A stretch of DNA of 47,458 nucleotides from an uncultured bacterium (GTDB lineage: Bacteria > Verrucomicrobiota > Lentisphaeria > Victivallales > Victivallaceae): NCBI GenBank assembly GCA_902783135.1, contig CACZPY010000336.1, positions 1 to 47,458 of the forward strand, written 5' to 3'. The translations under genes and the position numbers were made by a program. Positions 1-8,652 of the stretch are shown here, one piece after another (the stretch's first letter is position 1; the number at the start of each line of letters is the position of its first letter). The notes beneath the pieces are model-generated. The model had not been told where the DNA came from and made no database searches. It saw only the letters and a program-made list of their open reading frames with translations.

Positions 1-498
1 GAGCTGCGGCGCGAAGTTGCGCACGCCCTGCAGCGCGATCGACCCGATGACGGTGAACGCCGCCGCGTCGTCGCTGACGTTGTCCGGGATCTTGGCGCAG
101 AGGTGACGCGGCACGCAGACGAACTCCGCGTGCGGCCCGTTGGAAGCGACCCGATCGCCGACCTTGAATCCGGTCACGCCCGCGCCGACTTCGATCACCG
201 TGCCGACGTTGCAGTACCCGAGCGGCAGCGGCTGGCTAAGTTTGTTGAAGACCGCCTCCAGGGTCGGCCGGATGCCGTCGGTGCGCATCTTGTCGAGCAC
301 CTGCTTCACGCGGTCGGGCTGCTGGCGCGCCTTGTCGAGCAGCCCCGCCTTGCCGAATTCGACCAGCATCCGCTCGGTGCCCAGCGAGACCAAGGTCCGC
401 CGGGTGCTGATCAGCAGCGCCCCGCGCCGGACTTGCGGCACCGGGACCTCCTCCAGAATCGTTCCGCCGTTCTTGAGGTCCTGAATGATCTGTTTCAT
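1..498 (-). CDS. Bi-domain / zinc-ADH-like oxidoreductase, N-terminal part (gene runs off the left window edge)
   Basis: Absent from the ORF track because it is open at the edge. My reverse translation from ATG 498-496 reads MKQIIQDLKNGGTILEEVPVPQVRRGALLISTRRTLVSLGTERMLVEFGKAGLLDKARQQPDRVKQVLDKM...PLPLGYCNVGTVIEVGAGVTGFKVGDRVASNGPHAEF. This is a GroES-like/ADH N-terminus as seen in 'bi-domain' oxidoreductases of polysaccharide loci. Confidence 0.7.
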   Translation of the reverse strand, partial: MKQIIQDLKNGGTILEEVPVPQVRRGALLISTRRTLVSLGTERMLVEFGKAGLLDKARQQPDRVKQVLDKMRTDGIRPTLEAVFNKLSQPLPLGYCNVGTVIEVGAGVTGFKVGDRVASNGPHAEFVCVPRHLCAKIPDNVSDDAAAFTVIGSIALQGVRNFAPQL

Positions 499-547
499 CA
501 GTGCAATCTCTTTCGGAATCACATGGGTTTATATATAATATATCACA

Positions 548-1679
548 CTATTGTCTGTTTTCACAACACCGCACGGACTCTTTTTCCAAGATATGCACAA
601 ATCGCAATGTCCGCGCCTCCGGAGTCAGGAACTCCCGCCGCGGACTTTTCCCGCTTCGACGAGTTCGCTCCGGCGCAACGGATCGTTGGTCAGACGGTAC
701 ACCGCCTCGCCCGCCGACTCGGGCGACAACGGGTCGAAGTACTCCGCCGCGCTGCCGCAGAGGTTCCTCGCGAACGAGAGGTCCGAGGTCAAAATCGGGC
801 ATCCCATCTTCATCGCCTCGGCGTAACTTGCGGAAAAGCATTCCAGAAGAGTCGGCAGAAACATGATATCGCACTGCTCGTAGAGCGACGGGCACTCGCG
901 GATGTCCACCCGACCGACCGGCAGCAGCCACTCGGGAATGGTCGCCGCCGTACAGCCGAAGACCTCCGGAGCCAGCGTCACCACGAAGCGGAACTTGAAA
1001 CCGGGATACTTGCGCCGCAGATACTCCGCGATACGCGGGATGATGCCGAGATTCTTGTGCGGATAGTCCGCCGAGACCGTGAGCAGCGTCACGCCGTCGA
1101 AGGGCGGCAGAGGGTGCGCCACCACTCCTCGCGCCGATCGAAGACCGGGTTGCAGGTGTTGGAAACCGTGTAGACCGGCTTGCCCGGGATGAGTTTCCGC
1201 AACGCGGCGGAGATGGGTTCGCTCTCCGTTATGTATGCGTCGGGGTCGCTCCGGAACGACGCCATGTGCACCATGCGCTTCAGCGCCAGCACCAGCCGTT
1301 CGCGCAGACTCATCAGCAGGAAGAACGGCGAGTCGCCGTAAATGTACTGGGATTTGGCGAATCCGCAGACATGCGGCACCCGGGGACGCCAGTAAGCCGG
1401 TCCGAACACGGTGAACACCATATCGATGCCGCGCGAGGCGACGAGTTCGTCCAGCGCGGGGGCGCGGCGCAGCAGCAGACTGCACTTCGACCGCACGGGA
1501 TAGTCCAGCACTTCGACGTTGGGGGCGGGGACGAACTCCCGCCCCAGCGTCTGCCGCACCTGCGGGGAAACGCACACGACGAAGCGGTGCTGCGGATAAT
1601 CCCCCAGAAGCACGGTCATCGCCGCACACCACGGGATGCTTCCGCCTTTGGTGCAGTTCGCGTTGATCAGAATGTTCAT
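548..1679 (-). pseudogene. GT-B (family 1/4) glycosyltransferase, paralog of 5448..6581, disrupted by two frameshifts
   Basis: Three frames (track ORFs 1089..1847, 625..1632, 548..931) align colinearly with the intact 377-aa paralog. Compare MNILINAN.. with MNILVNAS.., and LLTVSADYPHKNLGIIP with MLTVSAAYPHKNLSIIK. Compare also EFLTPEARTLRFVHILE with FKNSSERAAAYLRILE. Frame switches lie near 1111-1115 and 631-640. The probable start at 1679 is 1 nt after the alr stop. Confidence 0.7.
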
Positions 1680-1680
1680 G

Positions 1681-2775
1681 TCATTCCCGCCATACGTTGA
1701 CACACACCCGCGGGACCCGCGGACTGATGCCGCAGACCACTTCGTAACCGATGGTGCCGATCTGCCGCGCCATGTCGTCGGCATCGTACCCGTCGCCGAG
1801 CAGGATCGCTTCGTCTTCGAACTCCGCCTCGGGGATGCCGGTGACATCCGCCATGATCTGATCCATGCATACCAGCCCCACTATCGGCGCCCGTCTGCCC
1901 CGGATCGACACGCTCCCGCAATTGGAAAGATGCCGGTCGTAACCGTCCGCGTAGCCGGTGGGGATGGTCGCCACCCGCATCTCCTCCGTCGCCCGGAAAG
2001 TGCGTCCGTAGCCGATCGTCTCGCCCGGGCGCACCGTCTTGATCATGGAGACCACGGAGTGCCACTCGAGCACCGGCCTGATCCCCGGGGGCAGAGTGCT
2101 GGCGCGGTCGGGCCTGAGCCCGTACAGGATGATGCCCAGCCGGACCAGGTCGCCGAAGGGCTCATGCCACAATCCGCCGGCGGAGTTCATGCAGTGGATA
2201 TGGGGCAGTTTCAGGTCGCGCACCAACGATGCCACATGTTTGAACTTTTCCATCTGGAGCGCGGTGAACTCGTTTTCCTCCGGGGTGTCGGCGACGCAGA
2301 GGTGCGTGAACAACCCCGTGAGGCGGAACTTCCCGGCGAAACGGCGGATGATCCCGGCACACGCCTCGGGATCGTCGGCGTCCAGACCGATGCGGTTCAT
2401 CCCGGTATCGACCGCGAACTGCGCCTTGACGCCGTCTGCGGCAAAACTTCGCGCGTGCTCCTCGGAGAGCAGCGCCTGCGTGATGTCGCCCGCGATGAGT
2501 TCCCCGGCGGCGGACGCCGGAGTGTACCCGAGGATCAGAATCTGCCCCGCGATCCCGGCGGAGCGCAGTTCCAGCGCTTCGTCGAGGCTCGCCACGGCGA
2601 AATTGCGGCAGCCGGCAGTTTGCAGTTCCTTCGCGACCGGCACGGCGCCGTGACCGTAGCCGTTCGCCTTGACCACCGCCATGATCTCCCGTCGCGGCGA
2701 TATGAGCGAGCGGCAGATCCGGTAGTTTTCGCGCAGTTGCGCCAAGTCGACTGTGACCCACGAACGTTTCAGCAT
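1681..2775 (-). CDS. alr: Alanine racemase
   Basis: 364-aa ORF with the PLP-lysine motif AVVKANGYGHG near the N-terminus. Length and overall pattern (..TGMNRIGL.., ..YGR..) are typical of Alr. Confidence 0.9.
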   Translation of the reverse strand: MLKRSWVTVDLAQLRENYRICRSLISPRREIMAVVKANGYGHGAVPVAKELQTAGCRNFAVASLDEALELRSAGIAGQILILGYTPASAAGELIAGDITQALLSEEHARSFAADGVKAQFAVDTGMNRIGLDADDPEACAGIIRRFAGKFRLTGLFTHLCVADTPEENEFTALQMEKFKHVASLVRDLKLPHIHCMNSAGGLWHEPFGDLVRLGIILYGLRPDRASTLPPGIRPVLEWHSVVSMIKTVRPGETIGYGRTFRATEEMRVATIPTGYADGYDRHLSNCGSVSIRGRRAPIVGLVCMDQIMADVTGIPEAEFEDEAILLGDGYDADDMARQIGTIGYEVVCGISPRVPRVCVNVWRE

Positions 2776-2833
2776 CTTAACGACTCCTGCCCCGAGGGCA
2801 AATTCGAATTCACCATCATGGCCGCCTTCCGCA

Positions 2834-4129
2834 TCAGACCTTGAGCCGCAACTTTCCCGACCGCGTCAGCACCGGTTCCGACCGCTGCTCGACCCGGAAC
2901 GCGATATCCAGGGAACTGAGGTCGAAGAGTTTTTCCGGTTCCGGTATCGGATCGCCGCCCCGCACGAGGTAGATCACCGCCTCGCCGGGACGCTCCTGAT
3001 GGATCTGGATGTGGTCCGCAACGTCGAACGCCCGGTGGTGCCGCCCGAAGATCAGCGACGTCAGCGGGATCTGCTTGCCCGAACGGTCGGCGATGTAGTC
3101 GCCGCTGCGCCCCTCGGCGATGCCGAACGCGGTGCAGACGCCGTTCTTCGTGGATTCGAGCGGCGTCACCAAGTCGCCGGTGTCGTAGCGGATGAGCGGC
3201 ATATCGAAGTTGTGGAACGAGGTGCCGAGCAGCCGCTCCCCGGCGACCTCGGCGTAACCGTAGGTCGCCAGCGGACGGTAGCGGTTGTCGAAGTTTTTGT
3301 CGTAGGCGAGGATGCACATCTCGGAGTGACCGTACCACGAGATGCAGGGAAGTTTCCACTCCGCGAACTTCTCCTTCATGTACGGGAACGGGAACTCCGA
3401 GTGGAGCAGCACCCCGCGGATCGGCGCCAGAAACGCCGCCACTTCTTCGCGCGGACAACAACGCTCCAACTCGGTGACGAAATTGTAGACCGCCGAGGGA
3501 TAGCCGTGGATGTAACGGATCGGCCGCTTGCGGAACAGCACACGCAGTTCCGGCAGATAGTCCGCGACCCGGCGGTAGGTGTTCACCAGAAACTCGTTGT
3601 GCACCGGATTGTAGAGGATGTTGTTGTTTCCGATGTTCTTGCCGCGCAGCGCCATGTTGAGATCGGTGTAGCGGTATTGACGCATCTCCCAGATGAGGTG
3701 CATGTGCGCCCACTCCCGCGCCCACGCCTGTTTGTCCACATAGAAGAAGAACGGTGTGCCGGTGGTGCCGCCGGTGTTGAGCCGGTAGGCGCCGGAAAAT
3801 TCTTCCGCATGCTCGCGGAAGAACGCCTTGTCCGTCACGGGCAGACGCCGGAACGCGTCGAACGAATCGATACGCAAATCGGAGACCCCGTGTCGGCGGT
3901 AAAGTTCGCGGTAACACGGGAATTTTTCCCGGGCGTATTCGACGACTGCCCGCAGTTGCCGCAGCGTGTACGCTTCGCGTTCCGCATCGCTCCATGCGAG
4001 CGACGCCTCCGCGAGTTGGTGAAACTTCCGGTACTGCCCGCCCAGCCGCAGCGAAAACGGGAACAACGCCAACGTCCGACCGATCGGATAAGGCAGTCTT
4101 TCCGCCAATGTCTTGAGTTGTTTTATCAT
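2834..4129 (-). CDS. PaaK/CapK-family adenylate-forming ligase (phenylacetate-CoA-ligase-like)
   Basis: Track ORF 2834..4309 trimmed to ATG 4129 (MIKQLKTLAERL), which overlaps the upstream stop as ATGA. It has the adenylation P-loop-like motif NTGGTTGTPFFF. At 431 aa it resembles the COG1541 'CapK' proteins of capsule loci. Confidence 0.75.
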   Translation of the reverse strand: MIKQLKTLAERLPYPIGRTLALFPFSLRLGGQYRKFHQLAEASLAWSDAEREAYTLRQLRAVVEYAREKFPCYRELYRRHGVSDLRIDSFDAFRRLPVTDKAFFREHAEEFSGAYRLNTGGTTGTPFFFYVDKQAWAREWAHMHLIWEMRQYRYTDLNMALRGKNIGNNNILYNPVHNEFLVNTYRRVADYLPELRVLFRKRPIRYIHGYPSAVYNFVTELERCCPREEVAAFLAPIRGVLLHSEFPFPYMKEKFAEWKLPCISWYGHSEMCILAYDKNFDNRYRPLATYGYAEVAGERLLGTSFHNFDMPLIRYDTGDLVTPLESTKNGVCTAFGIAEGRSGDYIADRSGKQIPLTSLIFGRHHRAFDVADHIQIHQERPGEAVIYLVRGGDPIPEPEKLFDLSSLDIAFRVEQRSEPVLTRSGKLRLKV

Positions 4130-5178
4130 TTTCCCCCTGCTTCGACCTCCGGGAACAACGCACAGATCCGCATCCATATCGTCAGCGGCATGATGTTCCA
4201 GACCAGAAACTTGACGAAATTGACCGGAAATTTCTTCCCGATCCGCAATTTCCATGACGCCATGTTCTTGCCGATATACAGTCCGCCGATCCGCCGTCCC
4301 CACCGCCACATGGACCAGTCCTCAAGCGGGGAACTGATCCGGTCGAGGAGCGCGATCCCCTCCGCCGTATCGGCTCGACGCAGGTTCCCCTCCCCGTCGA
4401 AGCGGTGAAAACCCGGTTCGGCGCCGCCGTCATCATTCAGCCGTACCGTCAGCCCCCAGTCGGTTCCCGGGTACAACGCGCTCTCGGGATGCGGAAAGCA
4501 GAAGTTGCCGAGCGAATAGTACACCGGCTTGCCCCGGTAGAGTTCCCGCCCCTGAAAAACGTGGCTGTGGCTTCCGAACACCCCGTCCGCTCCGGCGTCG
4601 ATCCACCGGTGCGCCAAACGGATCTGCCGCGGCGACGGATAACGGGTGTATTCGCTCTCCTTGCCCCTGTGCGGGCAAACGTACACCCGGTCGAAACGGA
4701 TTTTGAGACGCGCCAAGAGCGGCAGAACATCCTCCTCCCGGAAGATCCTGCTCCCGCGGCTGCGGCAGCGTTCGAGACAACCGATGACGGCGACCCGTTT
4801 GCCGTCGGCGTCCAACTCCGCGTAGGGGTGTTCCACGGTCCCGAAGAAGCGCACGTTCGGAAACTTGGCTTCCAGACGCCGCAGCTGCGCGGTGAAATCC
4901 CCGGCATCGCAGACGTGGTTGTTGGCGACGGAGAGCGCGGCGAAGCGCCCGACGTTTTCCTCCGTCGCCCGGTCGGGCGGCAGTACGCTGGTGTAGGCCT
5001 TGCCCGAAGCGACACCGGCATCGGCGAAGGCGCACTCCAGATTGGCCACCCGCAGTCCCGGAGCCATTTCCGTATCCAGCGCCCGGACCGGAACGTAATC
5101 TCCGCAAAAGCAAAGCGGCTGCCCGTTTCGCCCGGCAAAACCCGTATCACCGTTCGTGGTCTTTTGCGACATCTTCAA
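4126..5178 (-). CDS. CapA/PGA_cap-family metallophosphatase-like protein with hydrophobic C-terminal tail
   Basis: Motifs RVANLECAF, ANNHVCDAG, CPHRGKESEY and GSHSHVFQG match the CapA/PgsA-family signature order. The start is TTG 5178 or ATG 5172. Confidence 0.75.
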   Translation of the reverse strand: MKMSQKTTNGDTGFAGRNGQPLCFCGDYVPVRALDTEMAPGLRVANLECAFADAGVASGKAYTSVLPPDRATEENVGRFAALSVANNHVCDAGDFTAQLRRLEAKFPNVRFFGTVEHPYAELDADGKRVAVIGCLERCRSRGSRIFREEDVLPLLARLKIRFDRVYVCPHRGKESEYTRYPSPRQIRLAHRWIDAGADGVFGSHSHVFQGRELYRGKPVYYSLGNFCFPHPESALYPGTDWGLTVRLNDDGGAEPGFHRFDGEGNLRRADTAEGIALLDRISSPLEDWSMWRWGRRIGGLYIGKNMASWKLRIGKKFPVNFVKFLVWNIMPLTIWMRICALFPEVEAGGK

Positions 5179-5353
5179 AAACCTCCGCGAACCTCCTGCC
5201 GGAGGTCTCCGGCAGAAAATGCTGAACCCGCTCGAAGCCGCGCCGGAAATCGTCGCCGTAGCGGAGCTTTTTTATATGCCTCCCCTCTATCCGGCATGCC
5301 AGATTCTGCCCCCATACCGGCAGATGATTATAGACATCCATTTTAGTTATCAT
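5147..5353 (-). CDS. Hypothetical small protein (68 aa)
   Basis: ATG-initiated ORF filling the gap between the GT at 5448 and the CapA-like gene. It has no recognisable motif and overlaps the CapA-like start by about 26-32 nt. Confidence 0.25.
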   Translation of the reverse strand: MITKMDVYNHLPVWGQNLACRIEGRHIKKLRYGDDFRRGFERVQHFLPETSGRRFAEVFEDVAKDHER

Positions 5354-5447
5354 GATTCATCCCCTGTGCGAAACAGATGTAATTTGTCGGTTGAATATAC
5401 CATTCCCGGTGCTCCGACCGGGATGTTGCCTCCGCGAACCTGAATCG

Positions 5448-6581
5448 TCATCGCGCACCGCCCTTCTTGGCCGCAATATCTTCGAGTATCCGCAGATAAG
5501 CGGCGGCACGTTCGGAACTGTTCTTGAAAGAGCCCAGTCGCTTTTTACCCGAGGCGACCAGTTCGGCGCGCCGTCCGGGATCGTTCGCCAGGCGGTATAT
5601 GGTTTCGCCGATGCTCTCCGGCGACAGTGGATCGAAATATTCCGCCGCGTCTCCGCACAACCCGCGAGCGAAGCCGAGGGCGGAGGTGGCGACAGGGACC
5701 TTCATCCGCATCGCCTCTGGGTAGTTGGCACTGAAAATATCCATCAATGTCGGTAGGAACATGATGTCGCTCTGTTTGTACAGTGACGGACATTCCCTTA
5801 TATCCACCTTGCCGATGGCGAGCAGCCAGTCCGGACAGTTTCCCGCACCGAAGCCGAAAAAATCCGGCGGCAGGGTCACGACGAAGCGGAACTTGAAATC
5901 CGGATATTTGTGGAGCAAATATTTCGCTGTCGGTTTGATGATCGAAAGGTTCTTGTGCGGATACGCCGCCGAAACGGTGAGCATGGTCGTGCCGGAAAAC
6001 TCCGGCAACTTGAATTCCCGCCACTCCGTCGGCGCGTCAAAGACCGGATTGTAAGTGTTGCTGACGACCTCGATGCGTTTTCCGGGAAAGCTCCGGCGCA
6101 TGCGCTGAGCGGCATCCGCCGATTCGACGCAAAAAACGTCGGAGTCGCGGCGGAACATCGGGAACAGCACCATCCGGCGCACCTTGAACCGCAGAAACGA
6201 CCACCACGGGATCAGCCGGTAAAATGGCGAGTCGTAATAGAGGTGGCAACCATATGCGAAACCGCAGAGGTGCGGTACCGGCGGTCGCCAATACGACGGT
6301 CCGAAGACCGTGAAGACCGCATCTGCGGCAAATTCGCGGGTCAGTCGTTCCAAAAGAGCATTTCTGCGCCGAATCCGCTGCACCATGCCGGGCGCCGGGG
6401 CGACCTCGATGCGGATGAAATCCGGAAAATCCTTTAAGTCGCCGAGCGAATTTGCAACTTCTCGGGAGCACACGACGAGATAGCGGTGCTCCGGGTGGTC
6501 GCGCAGTTCGCGGATGAAGGCGTCGCCTACTTGGATGCCGCCGCCCTTGGTAAGATTGGATGCGTTGACAAGTATATTCAT
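5448..6581 (-). CDS. Glycosyltransferase, GT-B fold (family 1/4)
   Basis: 377 aa with a C-terminal GT1-type region ..IMFLPTLMDIFSANYPEAMRMKVPVATS... It is the intact paralog of the frameshifted copy at 548..1679. Confidence 0.85.
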   Translation of the reverse strand: MNILVNASNLTKGGGIQVGDAFIRELRDHPEHRYLVVCSREVANSLGDLKDFPDFIRIEVAPAPGMVQRIRRRNALLERLTREFAADAVFTVFGPSYWRPPVPHLCGFAYGCHLYYDSPFYRLIPWWSFLRFKVRRMVLFPMFRRDSDVFCVESADAAQRMRRSFPGKRIEVVSNTYNPVFDAPTEWREFKLPEFSGTTMLTVSAAYPHKNLSIIKPTAKYLLHKYPDFKFRFVVTLPPDFFGFGAGNCPDWLLAIGKVDIRECPSLYKQSDIMFLPTLMDIFSANYPEAMRMKVPVATSALGFARGLCGDAAEYFDPLSPESIGETIYRLANDPGRRAELVASGKKRLGSFKNSSERAAAYLRILEDIAAKKGGAR

Positions 6582-7705
6582 TATTTATTCTGCATTGCGT
6601 ATTTCAATGCTTCGACCATATTTTCCGCATTGTTCCGAGGAGAAATCGATTCAAATAATTTTTTGGATATCCTTCCGTGTTCGGCTATCTTTTCGGGATG
6701 ATCAATATAAAATTCCATGGCCCCCCGCAGACGTACATAATTTTTTATCGGTACACGAAACCCGTTCACGCCGGGTTCAATCAGGTGCCACGCCGCACCG
6801 CATTCGGTAGTGGATATTATCGGCATGCCGGCGCTCGCCGCCTCGTTCAGCACCACGCCCCAGCCGTCGTGAAGAGTTGGCAGCACAAAACAGTCGCAAC
6901 TGTTGTATACCCCCGCCATCCGATCCGACGGTCTGCGACCGGCGAACAGCACGCCGGCCGCGATTTTCTCTTTTCGGCAGAAGCGGAGGTATTCGGAATT
7001 GTCGCCGCCGCCAACGAACACGAGACGGCATTTTTCCCGCTTTTCCGGCGGCAATGCTGCATACGCCCGCAGCAGCCAGATGATCCCCTTTCCTGGACAA
7101 AGCGTTGCGGAGCACAAAAAGACGATCCGTCCTCCGGCAAAGGCTTCGATCTCCGACGACCTCGGCTCAGGCGGCAGTGCCGGGATGGCGTACGGCAGAA
7201 TGCGGATTCGGTCTTTCGGGATGCCCCACTCCGAAAGTTCGTCCTGCGCCAGCTTGCCCTGTGCCAATGCCAGTAGCGCATGATCGCGGATGAAACCGAT
7301 ATGACGCCGCATGCGGATCCGGTTGAGCGGACGATAAAACCATTTGAACAAAGAAAGATCGTATCTGACCATTTTGGCGAAGCCGGTCCCGGTGCGCTCC
7401 CCCCAATGACACCATTCGAGCCCATGCCTGACGGCAAGTTCCGCCAACACTCGGCCGCCCCGCGCATCGAATGAGGGAATGATATGAACGTATCCCTCCA
7501 TTTTCGGATCGGCTATGCTCTCCGGATGGGCAAAAACGGCATAACTTTCCGGTTCGGGAGCGACCCAGCCCTGAGCCTGCCGCGACTCCAGCAGTGCCCG
7601 ATCGTAATAGCGTACCGCGAGTTCCACGTCTTCACGCGCATGCAGCGCTTCGAAGAAGAAGTGCTGGTGATGCGACGGGATATTCATCCAGATGCAGATC
7701 TTCAT
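6581..7705 (-). CDS. Glycosyltransferase family 4
   Basis: Carries ..CFVLPTLHDGWGVVLNEAASAGMPIISTTECG.. (EX7E-type motif). The track ORF (GTG 7735) is trimmed to ATG 7705 (MKICIWMN), 5 nt after the upstream stop. Confidence 0.85.
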   Translation of the reverse strand: MKICIWMNIPSHHQHFFFEALHAREDVELAVRYYDRALLESRQAQGWVAPEPESYAVFAHPESIADPKMEGYVHIIPSFDARGGRVLAELAVRHGLEWCHWGERTGTGFAKMVRYDLSLFKWFYRPLNRIRMRRHIGFIRDHALLALAQGKLAQDELSEWGIPKDRIRILPYAIPALPPEPRSSEIEAFAGGRIVFLCSATLCPGKGIIWLLRAYAALPPEKREKCRLVFVGGGDNSEYLRFCRKEKIAAGVLFAGRRPSDRMAGVYNSCDCFVLPTLHDGWGVVLNEAASAGMPIISTTECGAAWHLIEPGVNGFRVPIKNYVRLRGAMEFYIDHPEKIAEHGRISKKLFESISPRNNAENMVEALKYAMQNK

Positions 7706-7710
7706 GCTCT

Positions 7711-8652
7711 TCACAAAAACGGCAATATGCCGCACAAAAAAGCCTTGACGTCACGTTTGAAGGAACCGAACGAATTGGCCGGGTGATAAAACATGCTCTT
7801 CCACAGTTCGCAGAACGCGCCGATGTAGTGGCGTTCCCGCAGCGCCCGGTCCGCGACGTCCTGACACAACTGACTGGCGAAGCGCCGCGCCAATCCGGTC
7901 CCGCGTCGCTCTTTGATCGGCTGATAATATCTATCCATCAAGAACTTCTGCCGCTGACAGGCCTTGTCGTACAACCGGCTCTTGCGGGTCTCGAGATTCA
8001 TCACCGTATAGACATCCTGAATGGTGATCAAGCCGAACCCGTTGAAAAATATCCGCATGAAAAACTCCGCGTCCTGTCCCCGGCGCAGCGCAAGTTCCAT
8101 GCCGCCGACGTTTTCGAAACATTCGCGTTTCAACATCGTCGTCGAGGTGGTGAAGGGCAGATGACCGATTGCGATATACGCCAACGGGTCTTTTTCCCAT
8201 TCCTTTCGGGGAATGTCGAGCGCGAAACGCGGACCGCCGTTCTTGAGGATCTTCGCGCCGGTGAAGCAGATGCCGACCGACTCGTCCGCCGCCTCCATCG
8301 CCGCCACCTGACGCGTGAGCTTGCCGGGGAGCCATTCGTCGTCGCTGTCCAAGAGCGCCAGATATTTCCCTTGCGCCGCCGTCATTGCCCGGTTGCGTGC
8401 CGCCGCCGCTCCCTGATTGCGCTCGGCGCGCGGCAGTACGCGGACCCGCGGCTCGGAGTGTGCGAGTTTTTCCGCAAGTTCGTAAGTCCCGTCGGTGGAT
8501 GCGTCGTCGGCGACGATGAACTCCCAGTTCGCGTAATCCTGCATCTGTACCGACTTCAACGCCCGTTCCAGACAGTGCTCCCGATTGAAGGTCGGCACAA
8601 TCACGCTGACCAGAGGCATCCCCTCCGGAAATACTGTTTTCTCTTCCGCCAT
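7711..8652 (-). CDS. Glycosyltransferase family 2
   Basis: Motifs VSVIVPTFNRE, ADDASTDGT and LDSDDEW (DXD) are classic for the GT-A/GT2 N-terminal domain. Confidence 0.9.
   Translation of the reverse strand: MAEEKTVFPEGMPLVSVIVPTFNREHCLERALKSVQMQDYANWEFIVADDASTDGTYELAEKLAHSEPRVRVLPRAERNQGAAAARNRAMTAAQGKYLALLDSDDEWLPGKLTRQVAAMEAADESVGICFTGAKILKNGGPRFALDIPRKEWEKDPLAYIAIGHLPFTTSTTMLKRECFENVGGMELALRRGQDAEFFMRIFFNGFGLITIQDVYTVMNLETRKSRLYDKACQRQKFLMDRYYQPIKERRGTGLARRFASQLCQDVADRALRERHYIGAFCELWKSMFYHPANSFGSFKRDVKAFLCGILPFL

Noticed and set aside
103-1173. 356-aa plus-strand ORF at the left end
   Set aside because: It is antisense to the oxidoreductase N-terminus and to the GT pseudogene. The minus-strand translations have clear homolog-like sequence and this one does not.
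2753-4408. 551-aa plus-strand ORF, plus the overlapping 2769..4163 minus-strand ORF
   Set aside because: They overlap the PaaK/CapK-like gene, in antisense and in another frame respectively. Only the 2834..4129 frame carries the TGGTTGTP adenylation motif.
4126-5178. Interpreting the CapA-family gene as evidence for a poly-gamma-glutamate capsule
   Set aside because: No CapB/PgsB (amide ligase) or CapC/PgsC partner is present. The surrounding genes are a Wzx/Wzy polysaccharide pathway.
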